Shown in pieces: positions 28,195-37,555 of a stretch of 64,000 nt of DNA. The notes below the pieces were generated by a model. That model saw only the letters and a program-made list of their open reading frames with translations. It did no database searches and was not told where the DNA came from. Each line of letters starts with the position of its first letter. The stretch's first letter is position 1. The DNA is from Planctomycetota bacterium (GTDB lineage: Bacteria; Planctomycetota; PUPC01; DSUN01), in NCBI GenBank assembly GCA_035384565.1, contig DAOOIT010000002.1, forward strand, positions 8,579 through 72,578, in the 5' to 3' direction. A program made the position numbers and the translations under genes.

Positions 28195-28373
28195 AGGGCC
28201 TCCGGCATGGGTCTGCGGACCTACAGTGGGCTGTGGTGTCACAGAGGGCAGCCCCTAGGGGCTGGGGGCGCCAGAGGGCCTCCCCTAGGAACCGGGAACT
28301 CTGGGAGAGTCTGGGAGACTTAGACCATGTTGTGGTGATGGTCTGCTGGCCTCCCAATGGGTGGGGGAGTGGG

Positions 28374-29225
28374 CTAGATGATGTCTGCAAAGCGCCGCTC
28401 GGTCTTGCGGAAGTAGAGGGTGCCGATGAGGATGGCGAGCAGGATGACGCCCGTGGAGACGGCGAGCTGGCCCCAGTGGAACGGCTTGCCGAGGATGGCG
28501 GAGCGGTAGGCGTCCACGATGCCGGTGAGGGGGTTGAGCAGGAGCAGCCACTGCCACCTCGGTGGCACGATCTGGACGGGGTAGAGGACGGGGGTGAGGA
28601 ACATCCAGATCTGGATGACGAAGGGGATCATGTAGCGGAAGTCGCGGTAGGTGACGTCGAGGGCGCTGAGCAGACACCCTACGCCGAAGGCGGCGAAGAT
28701 GGTGAGGGCGACCAGGGGCACGACGAGCAGCGTGGCCAGGGTGGGCGGGATGCTGTAGTAGAGCATCAGGCCGATGAGGATGGTGAAGGAGATCGCAAAG
28801 TCCACCAGGCATGCTCCGATGGCGGAGAGGGGGATGATGAGGCGTGGGAAGTAGACTTTGGTGATGAGGTTGGAGGAGCCGACGACGCTGCTGCTGCTGC
28901 GGCTGAGCGATTCGGAGAAGAATTGCCAGGGCAGCAGGCCGGCGTAGAGGAAGATGGGGTAGGGGAAGCCCTCGGAGTCGATCTTGGCCAGGCCGCCGAA
29001 GATGGCGCTGAAGATGACCATCTTGGTGAAGGGCTGGAGGAAGGCCCAGAGGAAGCCGAGCACGGTCTGCTTGTAGCGGACCTTGACGTCGCGCCAGGCG
29101 AGGAAGTAGAGGAGTTCGCGGTAGCGCCAGATTTCGCGGAAGTTGATGGGGAGCCAGCCCTTGCAGGGCTTGATGACCAGCTCGGGCAGCGGGGCCGGAG
29201 GGGCGGATGGCTCAGCGACGGCCAT
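28374..29225 (-). CDS. wzm: ABC-2 type polysaccharide exporter permease (Wzm-like)
   Basis: Start MAVAEPSAP...; 6-TM ABC-2 permease (WRDVKVRYKQTVLGFLWAFLQP...). The upstream part of the 402-aa track ORF is Pro/Ser/Arg-rich non-coding. Confidence 0.8.
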   Translation of the reverse strand: MAVAEPSAPPAPLPELVIKPCKGWLPINFREIWRYRELLYFLAWRDVKVRYKQTVLGFLWAFLQPFTKMVIFSAIFGGLAKIDSEGFPYPIFLYAGLLPWQFFSESLSRSSSSVVGSSNLITKVYFPRLIIPLSAIGACLVDFAISFTILIGLMLYYSIPPTLATLLVVPLVALTIFAAFGVGCLLSALDVTYRDFRYMIPFVIQIWMFLTPVLYPVQIVPPRWQWLLLLNPLTGIVDAYRSAILGKPFHWGQLAVSTGVILLAILIGTLYFRKTERRFADII

Positions 29226-30732
29226 GGGACTGTGCGGCTCCGGGGGCTGGATCGGGCGTGGCGGGGTCCGGGGCGTGAACGGGGCGCGACGGGGCGGGCA
29301 GGGAGGCCGGGTTGTGCTCGTCGAGGAGACGGGTGAAGTAGGCGAGCGTCTGGCCGGCGATTTCGAGCGAGCCGTTGACGGGGGCCTCGACCTGGGCATC
29401 GAGGCTCGCGCCGCTGCGGCGGTGGCGCACGGGGATGGTGGCCTTGAGGGTGGGGTGGCCCTGGGGGTTCGCCTGGCTCCAGGTGAGGGTGCGTTGCGTG
29501 CCGTCGCGGTTGTCGAGGGTGAGGGTGAGAGCGGCGAGCTGCATTTGGGCGGCGGCCGCGCAGAGGGCCTGCCACCATTCATCGAACGTGGTCGCTCGGC
29601 GGAGGCCCAGCTCGGCGCTCTCGAACTCGCGCCGGCCCTGTTGGATGGCGCGGGAGATGGCCAGCTTGCGCTGGATGCCCGCCATCGTGTCGCTCAGGGA
29701 CACGGAGCCCGCGATCCCGAAGACCAGGAGCAGGAGCACGAGGACGCCGGCGAGAACGAGAAGCTGCCCGGCGTCGCGCGTGAGCATCATGAACAGGCCC
29801 ATTCCTGCGGCAAGGATGGTGACGAGGTAGAGGATCAGGACGACGTGGCGGTGCTGGACGCCCATGTCGATCAGGCGGTGATGGATGTGGCCGCGGTCGG
29901 GCGCGAAGATCGAGCGGCGCTCGAGGAAGCGTCGGAGCATGCTGAACAGCGTGTCGAAGATGGGCACGCCCAGGGCGAGGGCGGGGAGCGCGAGACCCAC
30001 TATGGTGGATGCCTTGGTGGCGCAGAAGACGCTCGCGGTGGCCAGGACGAAGCCGAGGAAATAGGTGCCGCAGTCGCCCATGAAGACCTTGGCGGGGTTG
30101 AAGTTGTGGTAGAGGAAGCCCAGAAGGCTGCCCAGGAGAGCCGCCATGAGCACGGCCATGACCGCCTGGTTGGTGTGGATGGCGAAGATGCCGATGACCG
30201 CGCAGGCCGCCGCGCAGATGCCGGCGCACAGGCCGTCCAGGCCGTCAATCAGGTTCACGGCGTTGGTGATCCCGACGATCCAGAGGACTGTGAGGGGCCA
30301 CGAGAGCCAGCCGAGGTCGAGCGAGAGGACCCCCTTGACGACGATGGCCTCGATGCGGATGCCGAAGGCGCACACGCCGCAGGCGGCGGCCACCTGTATC
30401 AGGAGCTTGTAGCGGGCGCGAAGGCCGCGAACATCGTCCACCAGGCCCGCGACGGCGACCAGTCCGGCGAAGGCCAGAATCACAAGGAGGCCCTTCTGGG
30501 CGGCGCGCAGCGCGGTCCCGATGATGTTCGTCAGCGTCATCCCGAGGAGCACGGCAGCCGCCGTGGCCACGATGATGGCGACCCCGCCGACGCGGGGAAT
30601 GGCCCCGGAGTGGACCTTTCGGGGGTCCGGCCTGTCCACCAGGCGGATTCGGCGCGCAATCCATGCCACCAGGGGGGTGATGGCTAGCGAGAGCCCCGCC
30701 GCGGCGGCTACGGTGGCCACATAGGTCTTCAT
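29212..30732 (-). CDS. Polyprenyl-phosphate HexNAc-1-phosphate transferase, WecA/WbpL/TagO (MraY-family GT4 PNPT) with C-terminal extension
   Basis: ...ITNAVNLIDGLDGLCAG...FMGDCGTYFLGF...HIHHRLI... are the PNPT motifs; 11 TM helices plus a roughly 150-aa soluble C-terminal tail. Confidence 0.85.
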   Translation of the reverse strand: MKTYVATVAAAAGLSLAITPLVAWIARRIRLVDRPDPRKVHSGAIPRVGGVAIIVATAAAVLLGMTLTNIIGTALRAAQKGLLVILAFAGLVAVAGLVDDVRGLRARYKLLIQVAAACGVCAFGIRIEAIVVKGVLSLDLGWLSWPLTVLWIVGITNAVNLIDGLDGLCAGICAAACAVIGIFAIHTNQAVMAVLMAALLGSLLGFLYHNFNPAKVFMGDCGTYFLGFVLATASVFCATKASTIVGLALPALALGVPIFDTLFSMLRRFLERRSIFAPDRGHIHHRLIDMGVQHRHVVLILYLVTILAAGMGLFMMLTRDAGQLLVLAGVLVLLLLVFGIAGSVSLSDTMAGIQRKLAISRAIQQGRREFESAELGLRRATTFDEWWQALCAAAAQMQLAALTLTLDNRDGTQRTLTWSQANPQGHPTLKATIPVRHRRSGASLDAQVEAPVNGSLEIAGQTLAYFTRLLDEHNPASLPAPSRPVHAPDPATPDPAPGAAQSHGRR

Positions 30733-30740
30733 CGGAGCGC

Positions 30741-31241
30741 CTAGTCCACAGGCTCCAGGAGGTCAGCGTCCACCAGGAGCGCTGCACCGACACGAAGGAG
30801 GCTCACCTCGAGCACCAGTTGCGCGCGGGCCCGGCGGTCTACGACAACGCCCTCCAGGTCCGCGAAGGGCCCTGCTCTGACGCGGCATCGGCGGCCGACG
30901 GCGGCCTGAGGGTAAGGCTCCAGGTCGGCGCTGGCGGATATCGCGCGCTGGACGGCCGACAGCTCGCGGACCAGGCGTTCCTGGTCGGCCACCTCCAGGG
31001 TTCGGCAGACGCGGTTCGTCGTCAGCGCCGCGCGCCGAGCGGCCTCGTCGCCGCAGAAGAAGACATAAGAAGTGAAGAGGGGGATCAGCGTCCGGCGCTT
31101 GCGGCCGCCGGAGAAGAACACGTGCTGGCACAGCGGAAGGAAGTACCCGATGCCGTGGCGCAGCAGGTCCCAGGCGAGCGCCTTCTCGTTGCGGGCCTTG
31201 GTGTGCGCCACCCACCAGCGGCCCCGCAGGCCCGCCGGCAC
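30741..31241 (-). CDS. NusG/RfaH-family specialised transcription antitermination paralog
   Basis: ...RWWVAHTKARNEKALAWDLLRHGIGYFLP... (NGN domain) plus a C-terminal KOW-like CRVRAGPFADLEGVVVD. Sits 9 nt upstream of wecA at the head of the cluster. Start proposed at a GTG about 31241; the track ORF extends to 31622 through non-coding-like sequence. Confidence 0.65.
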   Translation of the reverse strand: MPAGLRGRWWVAHTKARNEKALAWDLLRHGIGYFLPLCQHVFFSGGRKRRTLIPLFTSYVFFCGDEAARRAALTTNRVCRTLEVADQERLVRELSAVQRAISASADLEPYPQAAVGRRCRVRAGPFADLEGVVVDRRARAQLVLEVSLLRVGAALLVDADLLEPVD

Positions 31242-32265
31242 CTCGACGCCGGGCGGCAGACTCGGCGGGTTCTCGGCAGCTTTCAGCACCAGCCAGTCCC
31301 CTTTGGGCCACACTCCGTCCCTGTCGGTGCACCGGCGGAGCCGGAAACCGAGGATACGTGTCCGCCGGTGCCAGTTCCTTCGGCGCCCCGGGCCCGCGGG
31401 GGGAGCCGGGCCAGAACGCCCGCGTGTTGCGCGCCGTGAGGGGGCACCCTCTCTTTGGACGGCAATGCCGCCCCTGGCCGGCCGCACAACCAAGCCGGCG
31501 GGCGACACGCCATGCCCGCCCCGCCGCCGGCCATGGCAGGCCCTTCTGCGGCGGGAGCCGGGGTGGACTGCAACTGCCGTATAGCCCGCATACACTATAG
31601 TGCATGGCGCCGAGCTTGTCAACGGAGCGCGGCCCGGCGTGGGGGAGAAGGCAGAGGGGGCGCGGAGCGCTGTGCTCAGCCCCTCCCTGCGCGTCGGGCC
31701 ACCTGGAGGTGCTTCTGCGAGGCGCCGGCGCGCCTGGTACTGAGGCGGTCGCGATGTGAGCTTCCGCCTTCGCCAGGGGCGCAGACTGCGCCCGGACCCG
31801 ACCCGCGAGCCGCCCCTCCCGAACGTTCCAATACGTTTCCCTCGTCCCTACGCTTTGCTCCTTCCTCTCGTCCCTACGCTCTGCGTGGGGACGCGCCTCT
31901 TGGCCGCTCCGCGGCCTCTTCGCTTCCGCGCGCGTCGGAGTGGGAACCTCCCGCGGGTTGCGAACCCGCGGGAGGTTGTCGGACGCGGGAGCGTCCGGAC
32001 CTCCGCCCCCACGCGGAGCATAGGGGCGAGAGAGAGGAATAGTTCCGGCCGCTGCAAACTGATTCACGGCCGGAGTAGTGGGGATCGCACCAGAGCGGAT
32101 GCCGCATTCCAGAAAGGCCATGAATTGCCAGACGCCGGCGGCAGGTTGGGGGACAGTTCTCGGAAGCCGCGCGCAAGTGATCCGCGTTCCACACCCTCAG
32201 ACATCGCAGCCGCCTTCCTGCCACTCAGCGATCGGCTTTGACAAACCGCTCCAAAGCTGCTACCG
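31242..32265. promoter_or_regulatory. Roughly 1 kb divergent leader/intergenic region upstream of the NusG paralog and the ABC binding-protein gene, holding direct and inverted repeats
   Basis: No convincing ORF (only Arg-rich shadow ORFs); contains direct repeats tcgtccctacgct (31842-31854 and 31868-31880), a 33-bp palindrome at 31935-31967 and the palindrome ggacgcgggagcgtcc at 31971-31986. Confidence 0.4.
31935..31967. repeat. Palindromic element aacctcccgcgggtt-gcg-aacccgcgggaggtt (copy 1; copy 2 at 57766-57799)
   Basis: 15-bp perfect inverted-repeat arms; a near-identical palindrome recurs inside a CDS at 57766-57799. Confidence 0.6.
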
Positions 32266-33636
32266 GTGGGGGCGCTCTGGGTCCCTTGCGCCTTGCAGGA
32301 GGCCGCATTGGCTCGCCACGGTGAACGCCTGCTGGCCGCCCTGTTGCTGGCCGCGGCCGGCTGCGAGAAGGCACAGACTGGCTCGGACGGCCCGGCGACG
32401 CTCGAGTTCGCCATCTTCGAGGGCGGCTACGGCCTCGGCTGGCACGAGCGGACCAGCCGCGCCTACGAGGCGCTCGCGCCCGGCGTGCGCGTGAGCCTGT
32501 GGGGCTCGCCACGCGTGAGCGAGAAGCTGCGGCCGCGCATTCTCCGGGGCAATCCGCCCGAGCTCGCGCTGTGCGACCTGCCGATCTGGCTGCTGATGCA
32601 GGGCGGCAAGCTCCGCCCGCTCGACCTCTCGCGCCCCGCGTACGGCCAGCCCGGCAAGACGTGGGGCGACACCTTCCTGCCCGGCGTGCTCGACCTCACC
32701 ACCTATCAGGGCCACTGCCTCGCCATTCCCACGGAGTTCGGCGGGTGGGTGATCTGGTACGACCGGAAGCTCTGGCGCGACCGCGGCTGGCAGGTGCCGC
32801 GCACGTGGGCCGACTTCGAGCGCGTGTGCCAGGAGATCAAGAAGGCGGGCCTCGCGCCCTTCGCCTTCCAGGGCAAATACCCCAGCTACGCCATCGGCAC
32901 CTTCTTCGGCCTGGTGCAGCGCGCGGGCGGCCTCGAGGCCTTCGCCGCCACGCAGAACCTCGAGCCCGGGGCCTGGCTGGCGCCCCCCGTAGCCGAGGCC
33001 GCCCGGCTTATGCAGCATATCGCCCTCGACTACTTCGACCCCAATTGCATGGCCCTCAGCCACATCGAGAGCCAGATGGAGTTTGTGAACCGCCGCTGCG
33101 CCATGGTCGCCTGCGGCCTGTGGCTCAAGCACGAGATGGAGCAGAACACGCCGCCCGACTTCGAGTTGAGCTGCTTCGACCTGCCCCCGCTGCGCCCCGA
33201 CGTGCCCTACATGTGGCAGGGCGGCGGCAGCCACATCTGCATGGTGTTCCGCGACGCGCCCCACGCGGAGCAGGCCGAGGATTTCCTCCGCTTCCTCACC
33301 TCGCGCCAGAACATGGCCCGGTGGATCGAGCACTCGGGCAGCCTGGCGCCCGTGCGGGGCGCGGCCGACGACGTGGCGCTGCCGCCCGACCTCAAGGCCG
33401 CCAAGGAGCTGATGGACAAGGCGGCCTACTCGTTCCAGTCGCGGCTGAGCTTCTTCTACCCGGGGCTGGGCCAGACGATGGTGGACCAGATCCGCTTCCT
33501 CATCACCGGCCAGTGCCGCCCCGAGGCATTCTGCCAGGCGATGGAGGCGGCCTGCCAGACGGTGCGCGGGAACCCGCGAATCCCCAAGGCGCCGCCGATG
33601 GAGGTGCCCGCGAAGTTCCGGAGGGCGTCGCCATGA
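32266..33636 (+). CDS. Sugar ABC transporter substrate-binding lipoprotein (family 1 solute-binding protein)
   Basis: Lipoprotein signal ...RLLAALLLAAAGC (possible TTG start about 32308); the size (about 450 aa) and its position directly upstream of MalF/MalG-like permeases support a sugar-binding protein. Confidence 0.8.
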   Translation: MGALWVPCALQEAALARHGERLLAALLLAAAGCEKAQTGSDGPATLEFAIFEGGYGLGWHERTSRAYEALAPGVRVSLWGSPRVSEKLRPRILRGNPPELALCDLPIWLLMQGGKLRPLDLSRPAYGQPGKTWGDTFLPGVLDLTTYQGHCLAIPTEFGGWVIWYDRKLWRDRGWQVPRTWADFERVCQEIKKAGLAPFAFQGKYPSYAIGTFFGLVQRAGGLEAFAATQNLEPGAWLAPPVAEAARLMQHIALDYFDPNCMALSHIESQMEFVNRRCAMVACGLWLKHEMEQNTPPDFELSCFDLPPLRPDVPYMWQGGGSHICMVFRDAPHAEQAEDFLRFLTSRQNMARWIEHSGSLAPVRGAADDVALPPDLKAAKELMDKAAYSFQSRLSFFYPGLGQTMVDQIRFLITGQCRPEAFCQAMEAACQTVRGNPRIPKAPPMEVPAKFRRASP

Positions 33637-34502
33637 GGCCCTCGCGCTGGATGATCGCCCTCTTCCTGCTCCCCGCGGTGGCCCTCTACACGGTGTTCGT
33701 CCTCATCCCCGCCCTCAGCGCCTTCGGCTACAGCTTCACCGACTTCACCGGCGTCACCAGGCCGCGGTGGGTCGGCCTCGAGAACTTCGCCGAGCTGGCG
33801 GGCACGGGCAGCGATTTCACGGCGGCGCTCCTCAACAACCTCTTCATCATCCTCGTGCCGGGCACGGCCACGCTGCTCGTGGCCCTGGCCTTCGCCTTCT
33901 TCATTGACCAGCAACTGCACGGCAGCCGCCTCTTCCGGGTGGTGTTCTTCTTCCCGAACATCCTGCCGCTGGCGGCCACCGCGGCGTTGTGGATCCTCGT
34001 GTTCTCCGCCACCGACATCGGGGCGGTCAACCGCGTGCTGCGGGCGATGGGCTTCGCGCCCGTGCAGTTCATGAGCTCGGCCAACCTGCTCCGCTCCCTC
34101 GTGCCAATCCTGGTGTGGGGCGGCGCCGGCTTCTACATGATCCTCTTCCTCGCCGCGATGAGCAGCATCCCCTCGACCCTCTACGAGGCGGCGCGGATGG
34201 ACGGCGCGGGCCTCTGGCACCAGTTCCGCCACGTCACCCTCCCGCTCCTGCGCGACACCATCGCCATGTGCCTGATCTTCGCCATCATCGGCGGGCTGAA
34301 GTTCTTCGACCTCATCTGGATCTTCGAGAAGCAGTACCCGACCCAGGACTCGCACGTCGTGGCCACGCTCATCTACTCGATGGCCTTCAACCAGTACCGC
34401 AGCGGCTACGGCGCCGCGATGTCCATCGTGCAGTTCGTCCTGATCCTGGCGGTGACGCTGGTGAGCCTGAAGCTCTTCCGCAAGGAACGGCTGGAATACT
34501 GA
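33633..34502 (+). CDS. Sugar ABC transporter permease (MalF/UgpA-like)
   Basis: Start MRPSRWMIALFLLP (ATGA overlap with the binding-protein gene); conserved EAA loop ...LYEAARMDGAGLWHQFRHVTLPLL... Confidence 0.85.
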   Translation: MRPSRWMIALFLLPAVALYTVFVLIPALSAFGYSFTDFTGVTRPRWVGLENFAELAGTGSDFTAALLNNLFIILVPGTATLLVALAFAFFIDQQLHGSRLFRVVFFFPNILPLAATAALWILVFSATDIGAVNRVLRAMGFAPVQFMSSANLLRSLVPILVWGGAGFYMILFLAAMSSIPSTLYEAARMDGAGLWHQFRHVTLPLLRDTIAMCLIFAIIGGLKFFDLIWIFEKQYPTQDSHVVATLIYSMAFNQYRSGYGAAMSIVQFVLILAVTLVSLKLFRKERLEY

Positions 34503-34514
34503 GGCGGCAAGCGG

Positions 34515-35537
34515 ATGACGCGCTGGACGCTCGTGGGAACTCTCGTGCTCGGCCTGCTCGCGCTGGTCGCGGGCCTGGCCTGGCTCCTGCACCGGCGGCG
34601 GGGCCACACGCGGGGCGAGGCGCTGGTGCGGTCGGCGGGCTACGTGCTGCTCTGGACGCAGTTCCTCCTCGTCGTGACGCCGTTCCTGTGGGTGATCCTC
34701 ACGTCGCTCAAGCCGAGCCGCGAGATTCTCGAATCGCCGTTCGCCCTGCCCCGCGTGCTCCGCGAGCCCACGGCCGCGCACTGGCGGCAGACGGCCGACA
34801 ACTACGCCACGGCCTGGACGAAGTCCCACTTCCGCGACTACTTTGCCAACAGCGTGAAGATCGCGGCCTGCGCGGTGGTGCTCACGGTGGGCCTCGCGGC
34901 GATGGCGGCCTATGTGCTCGCGCGATTCGAGTTCCCCGGCCGCAAGGTCCTCTATCTGCTCTTTCTAGCCGGGATGATGTTTCCGGCTCAGCTCATCCTC
35001 GTGCCGCTCTTCTTCCAGTTCTCGTGGATGTCCGACCAGCTCTCCGCCGTCACGCTCGCCGTCAGCAGGGCGTTGGGCGTCGGGCCGTACCGGGTCCAGA
35101 TGCACAACAGCCACGTGACTCTGGTCCTGCTCTACACGGCGGTGAGCTTGCCCTTCAGCGTGTTCGTGCTCACGAACTTCATGCGCACGATCCCGTCGGA
35201 GCTCCGCGAGGCGGCGCTGATAGACGGCGCCACCGAGTGGCAGGCCTTCTGGCGGGTGATGCTGCCGATGGCGAGGCCCGGCCTCACGAGCGTGGCGATC
35301 TTCAACTTCCTCGGCGTCTGGAACGAGTACCTCTACGCCCTGGTGTTCCTCGACGACGAGGCGATGCGCACCCTGCCGCTGGGCCTCGCCAGCGTCTCGA
35401 TTCTCGCCGACTACAAGAGCGACTACGGCCTGATGTTCGCCGGCCTCGTCATCACCGTGCTGCCGATCCTCGCGGCCTACCTGCTCTTGCAGCGCCACCT
35501 GACTCGCGGCGTGACCCTCGGCGCGCTGAAGGGGTAG
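34515..35537 (+). CDS. Sugar ABC transporter permease (MalG/UgpE-like)
   Basis: EAA loop ELREAALIDGATEWQAFWRVMLPMARPGL; 340 aa. No ATPase gene follows. Confidence 0.85.
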   Translation: MTRWTLVGTLVLGLLALVAGLAWLLHRRRGHTRGEALVRSAGYVLLWTQFLLVVTPFLWVILTSLKPSREILESPFALPRVLREPTAAHWRQTADNYATAWTKSHFRDYFANSVKIAACAVVLTVGLAAMAAYVLARFEFPGRKVLYLLFLAGMMFPAQLILVPLFFQFSWMSDQLSAVTLAVSRALGVGPYRVQMHNSHVTLVLLYTAVSLPFSVFVLTNFMRTIPSELREAALIDGATEWQAFWRVMLPMARPGLTSVAIFNFLGVWNEYLYALVFLDDEAMRTLPLGLASVSILADYKSDYGLMFAGLVITVLPILAAYLLLQRHLTRGVTLGALKG

Positions 35538-35688
35538 CTCGCGGGGGGGGCGTTTGAGCCGTCGCTCAGGGCAGGCTCTTGGCCGCGGGCGGGGCGTCCG
35601 CGTTCCGGGCTGCGGGGGCTCGAGATCCAGGCGAAGAACAGCACAACGCCCCGGGCCGTCCTGATGCGGCCCGCAGGAGGCATTCACA

Positions 35689-36399
35689 ATGGGTGTGGCA
35701 GGAACCAGAACGATATGGGGAGGATGGGCAGCCGCGGGCCTCGCGGCCGGGGCCTGCCTGTTCTGCTGCGCCAGCGCGGCGGGCGAGCCCGCGCCGGGCA
35801 AAGTGGCGCTGGTCCTCGAGCTGCCCCGGCCGCGATTCATCGGCACGCCGATCAACCTCAAGACCCCCAACCTCGAGAAGCCCCGCCAGGGGAAGCGTCC
35901 GGACCTCCTGGTCCCTGCGGGCCTCACCAATGTGGCGCTCAACAAGCCGGTCACGGCCAGCGACACCTCGCCCATCATGGGCGAACTGAGCCAGGTTACG
36001 GACGGCGATAAGGATGGCATCGAGGGGAGCTATGTGGAGATCGGCCCGGGCAAGCAGTGGTTCCAGGTGGACCTCAAGGAGCGTTACCAGGTCTTCGCCG
36101 TTGTCGTATGGCATTACCACGCCCAGGCGCGGGTCTACCACGACGTGGTCGTCCAGGTCTCCGACGATCCGAAGTTCGCACGTGACGTCCGCACCCTCTA
36201 CAACAACGACCACGATAACTCACTCGGCCTCGGCGTCGGCAGGGACAAGGAGTACATAGACACCCACGAGGGGCTCCTCCTTGACGCGGGCGGCGTCGAG
36301 GCCCGCTACGTCCGCCTCTGGGGCAACGGGAACACGGAGAACGGCCTGAATCACTGCACCGAGATCGAGGTGTACGGCAGGAGGCCTGCCGCGCCGTAG
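35689..36399 (+). CDS. Secreted F5/8 type C (discoidin) domain protein
   Basis: Signal peptide; LNKPVTASDTS...GSYVEIGPGKQWFQVDL...YVRLWGNGNTENGLNHCTEIEVYG is a typical discoidin/F5-8C carbohydrate-binding fold. Confidence 0.7.
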   Translation: MGVAGTRTIWGGWAAAGLAAGACLFCCASAAGEPAPGKVALVLELPRPRFIGTPINLKTPNLEKPRQGKRPDLLVPAGLTNVALNKPVTASDTSPIMGELSQVTDGDKDGIEGSYVEIGPGKQWFQVDLKERYQVFAVVVWHYHAQARVYHDVVVQVSDDPKFARDVRTLYNNDHDNSLGLGVGRDKEYIDTHEGLLLDAGGVEARYVRLWGNGNTENGLNHCTEIEVYGRRPAAP

Positions 36400-36485
36400 T
36401 CGAGCGAGGAGCACACGGGCCATGCCGCGTCGGGCTCGACGTGCGTCTGTGCGTGACGCGGCTCTGAGCGGCGCGGGGCTGGGGG

Positions 36486-37541
36486 TTGCAGGCCCTTGGG
36501 CGAAAGGAGAAGGCCGTGAGAGCGCTCGGGAATCTCTGGGGTCTCGTGGTCGCGGCAGTGGCGCTCGGCGGCGAAGCCGTGAAGGAGCCCCCGCCCACCT
36601 GGCCCTGGCCGGGGCCTACCCCGCCAGAGCAGCGGGAGGCCATGATGAAGAGGACCTTCCTCATCCAGCCCGCGCCGCAGGACATGAAGACCATCGAGGA
36701 GCTTGCGCCGGACAAGCCTCCCGCGGCGCCACAGAAGCCCCGCAAGCTCCTCCTCTGGGGCCGGGTCTGGACCCACATGGCCAACCCCATGACCGAGGAA
36801 ACGGTGAAGACCCTGGGCCGGAAGACAGGCGCCTTCGAGGTCGTGGTCACCGACGACCCGCAGATGCTCCTGCCGGAGAAGCTCAAGGGCTTCGATGCCA
36901 TCTTCCTCAACGGCCTGCACGACCCCACCCCCTTCCTGCCGCACTGGCTGAAGAGCATGCCCAAGGAGGAGCAGGAGGCCGCGATTGCCTTGGACCAGAA
37001 GGTCAAGGCCAGCATCCTCAAGTTCGTCGGCGAGGACGGCAAGGGCATCGCCGGCATCGAGGGCTCCATCTGCGCCCTGCGGGACTGGAAGGAGTTCGGC
37101 GAGCTGATGGGCGCCTTCTACGCCGGCCACTACGTAGGCAACTTTGTTCTCAAGGTGGACGACCCGGCCCACCCGCTGACGGCCTGCCTTGCGGGGCAGG
37201 CGTTCAAGGTGTTTGATCAGGGCTATGTCCCCGGCCCACCTTACTCGCCGAAGAAGGTGCGCGTCCTCTTGAGCCTCGACCTCACTCAGACGCCTGACCC
37301 TGTCGCCGATCCAAAGGCGGCCTGGCTGAAGCCAAGCGTGGAGAAGCTGGAGCAATCCACCGGACGCAGGGAGTACCCCATCAGTTGGGTCAAGTCGTAC
37401 GGCAAGGGGCGGGTCTTCTACCTTTCGCTGGGCGTACAGAAGGCCCCCTACTCCAACCCGCTCTTCATGCGCTACCTGCTGGGCGGCATCCAGTTCGCCC
37501 TGGGTGACCTGCCAGGCGACACCACACCGAGCGAGAAGTGA
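36486..37541 (+). CDS. ThuA-like (trehalose-utilisation protein A family; class I glutamine amidotransferase-like fold) secreted protein
   Basis: ...RKLLLWGRVWTHMANPMTEETVKTL...FDAIFLNGLHDPTPF...YPISWVKSYGKGRVFYLSLG...PLFMRYLLGGIQFALGDL; signal-peptide-like N-terminus (GTG start about 36516 possible). Confidence 0.65.
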   Translation: MQALGRKEKAVRALGNLWGLVVAAVALGGEAVKEPPPTWPWPGPTPPEQREAMMKRTFLIQPAPQDMKTIEELAPDKPPAAPQKPRKLLLWGRVWTHMANPMTEETVKTLGRKTGAFEVVVTDDPQMLLPEKLKGFDAIFLNGLHDPTPFLPHWLKSMPKEEQEAAIALDQKVKASILKFVGEDGKGIAGIEGSICALRDWKEFGELMGAFYAGHYVGNFVLKVDDPAHPLTACLAGQAFKVFDQGYVPGPPYSPKKVRVLLSLDLTQTPDPVADPKAAWLKPSVEKLEQSTGRREYPISWVKSYGKGRVFYLSLGVQKAPYSNPLFMRYLLGGIQFALGDLPGDTTPSEK

Positions 37542-37555
37542 AGGAGGACACGAGG

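Noticed and set aside
28233-30687. Plus-strand ORFs 28233-29336 and 29143-30687 (367 and 514 aa) plus minus-strand alternate frames 28766-29578 and 29579-30229
   Set aside because: Asp/Glu/Gly/Arg-rich shadows of the wzm and wecA genes.
30763-32121. 452-aa minus ORF and other ORFs across the NusG-paralog and leader region
   Set aside because: Arg/Pro/Gly-rich junk in a different frame from the NGN/KOW-encoding frame; used only to delimit the non-coding leader.
32499-34502. 667-aa plus ORF running from inside the binding-protein gene through the first permease
   Set aside because: Only the last 289 codons (from ATG 33633) are protein-like (MalF-type permease); the upstream part is an out-of-frame Arg/Pro-rich read-through of the binding-protein gene.
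33456-36020. Minus-strand ORFs 33456-34829, 34965-36020 and 35566-36213, antisense to the permeases and F5/8C gene
   Set aside because: Glu/Arg/His-rich low-complexity shadows.
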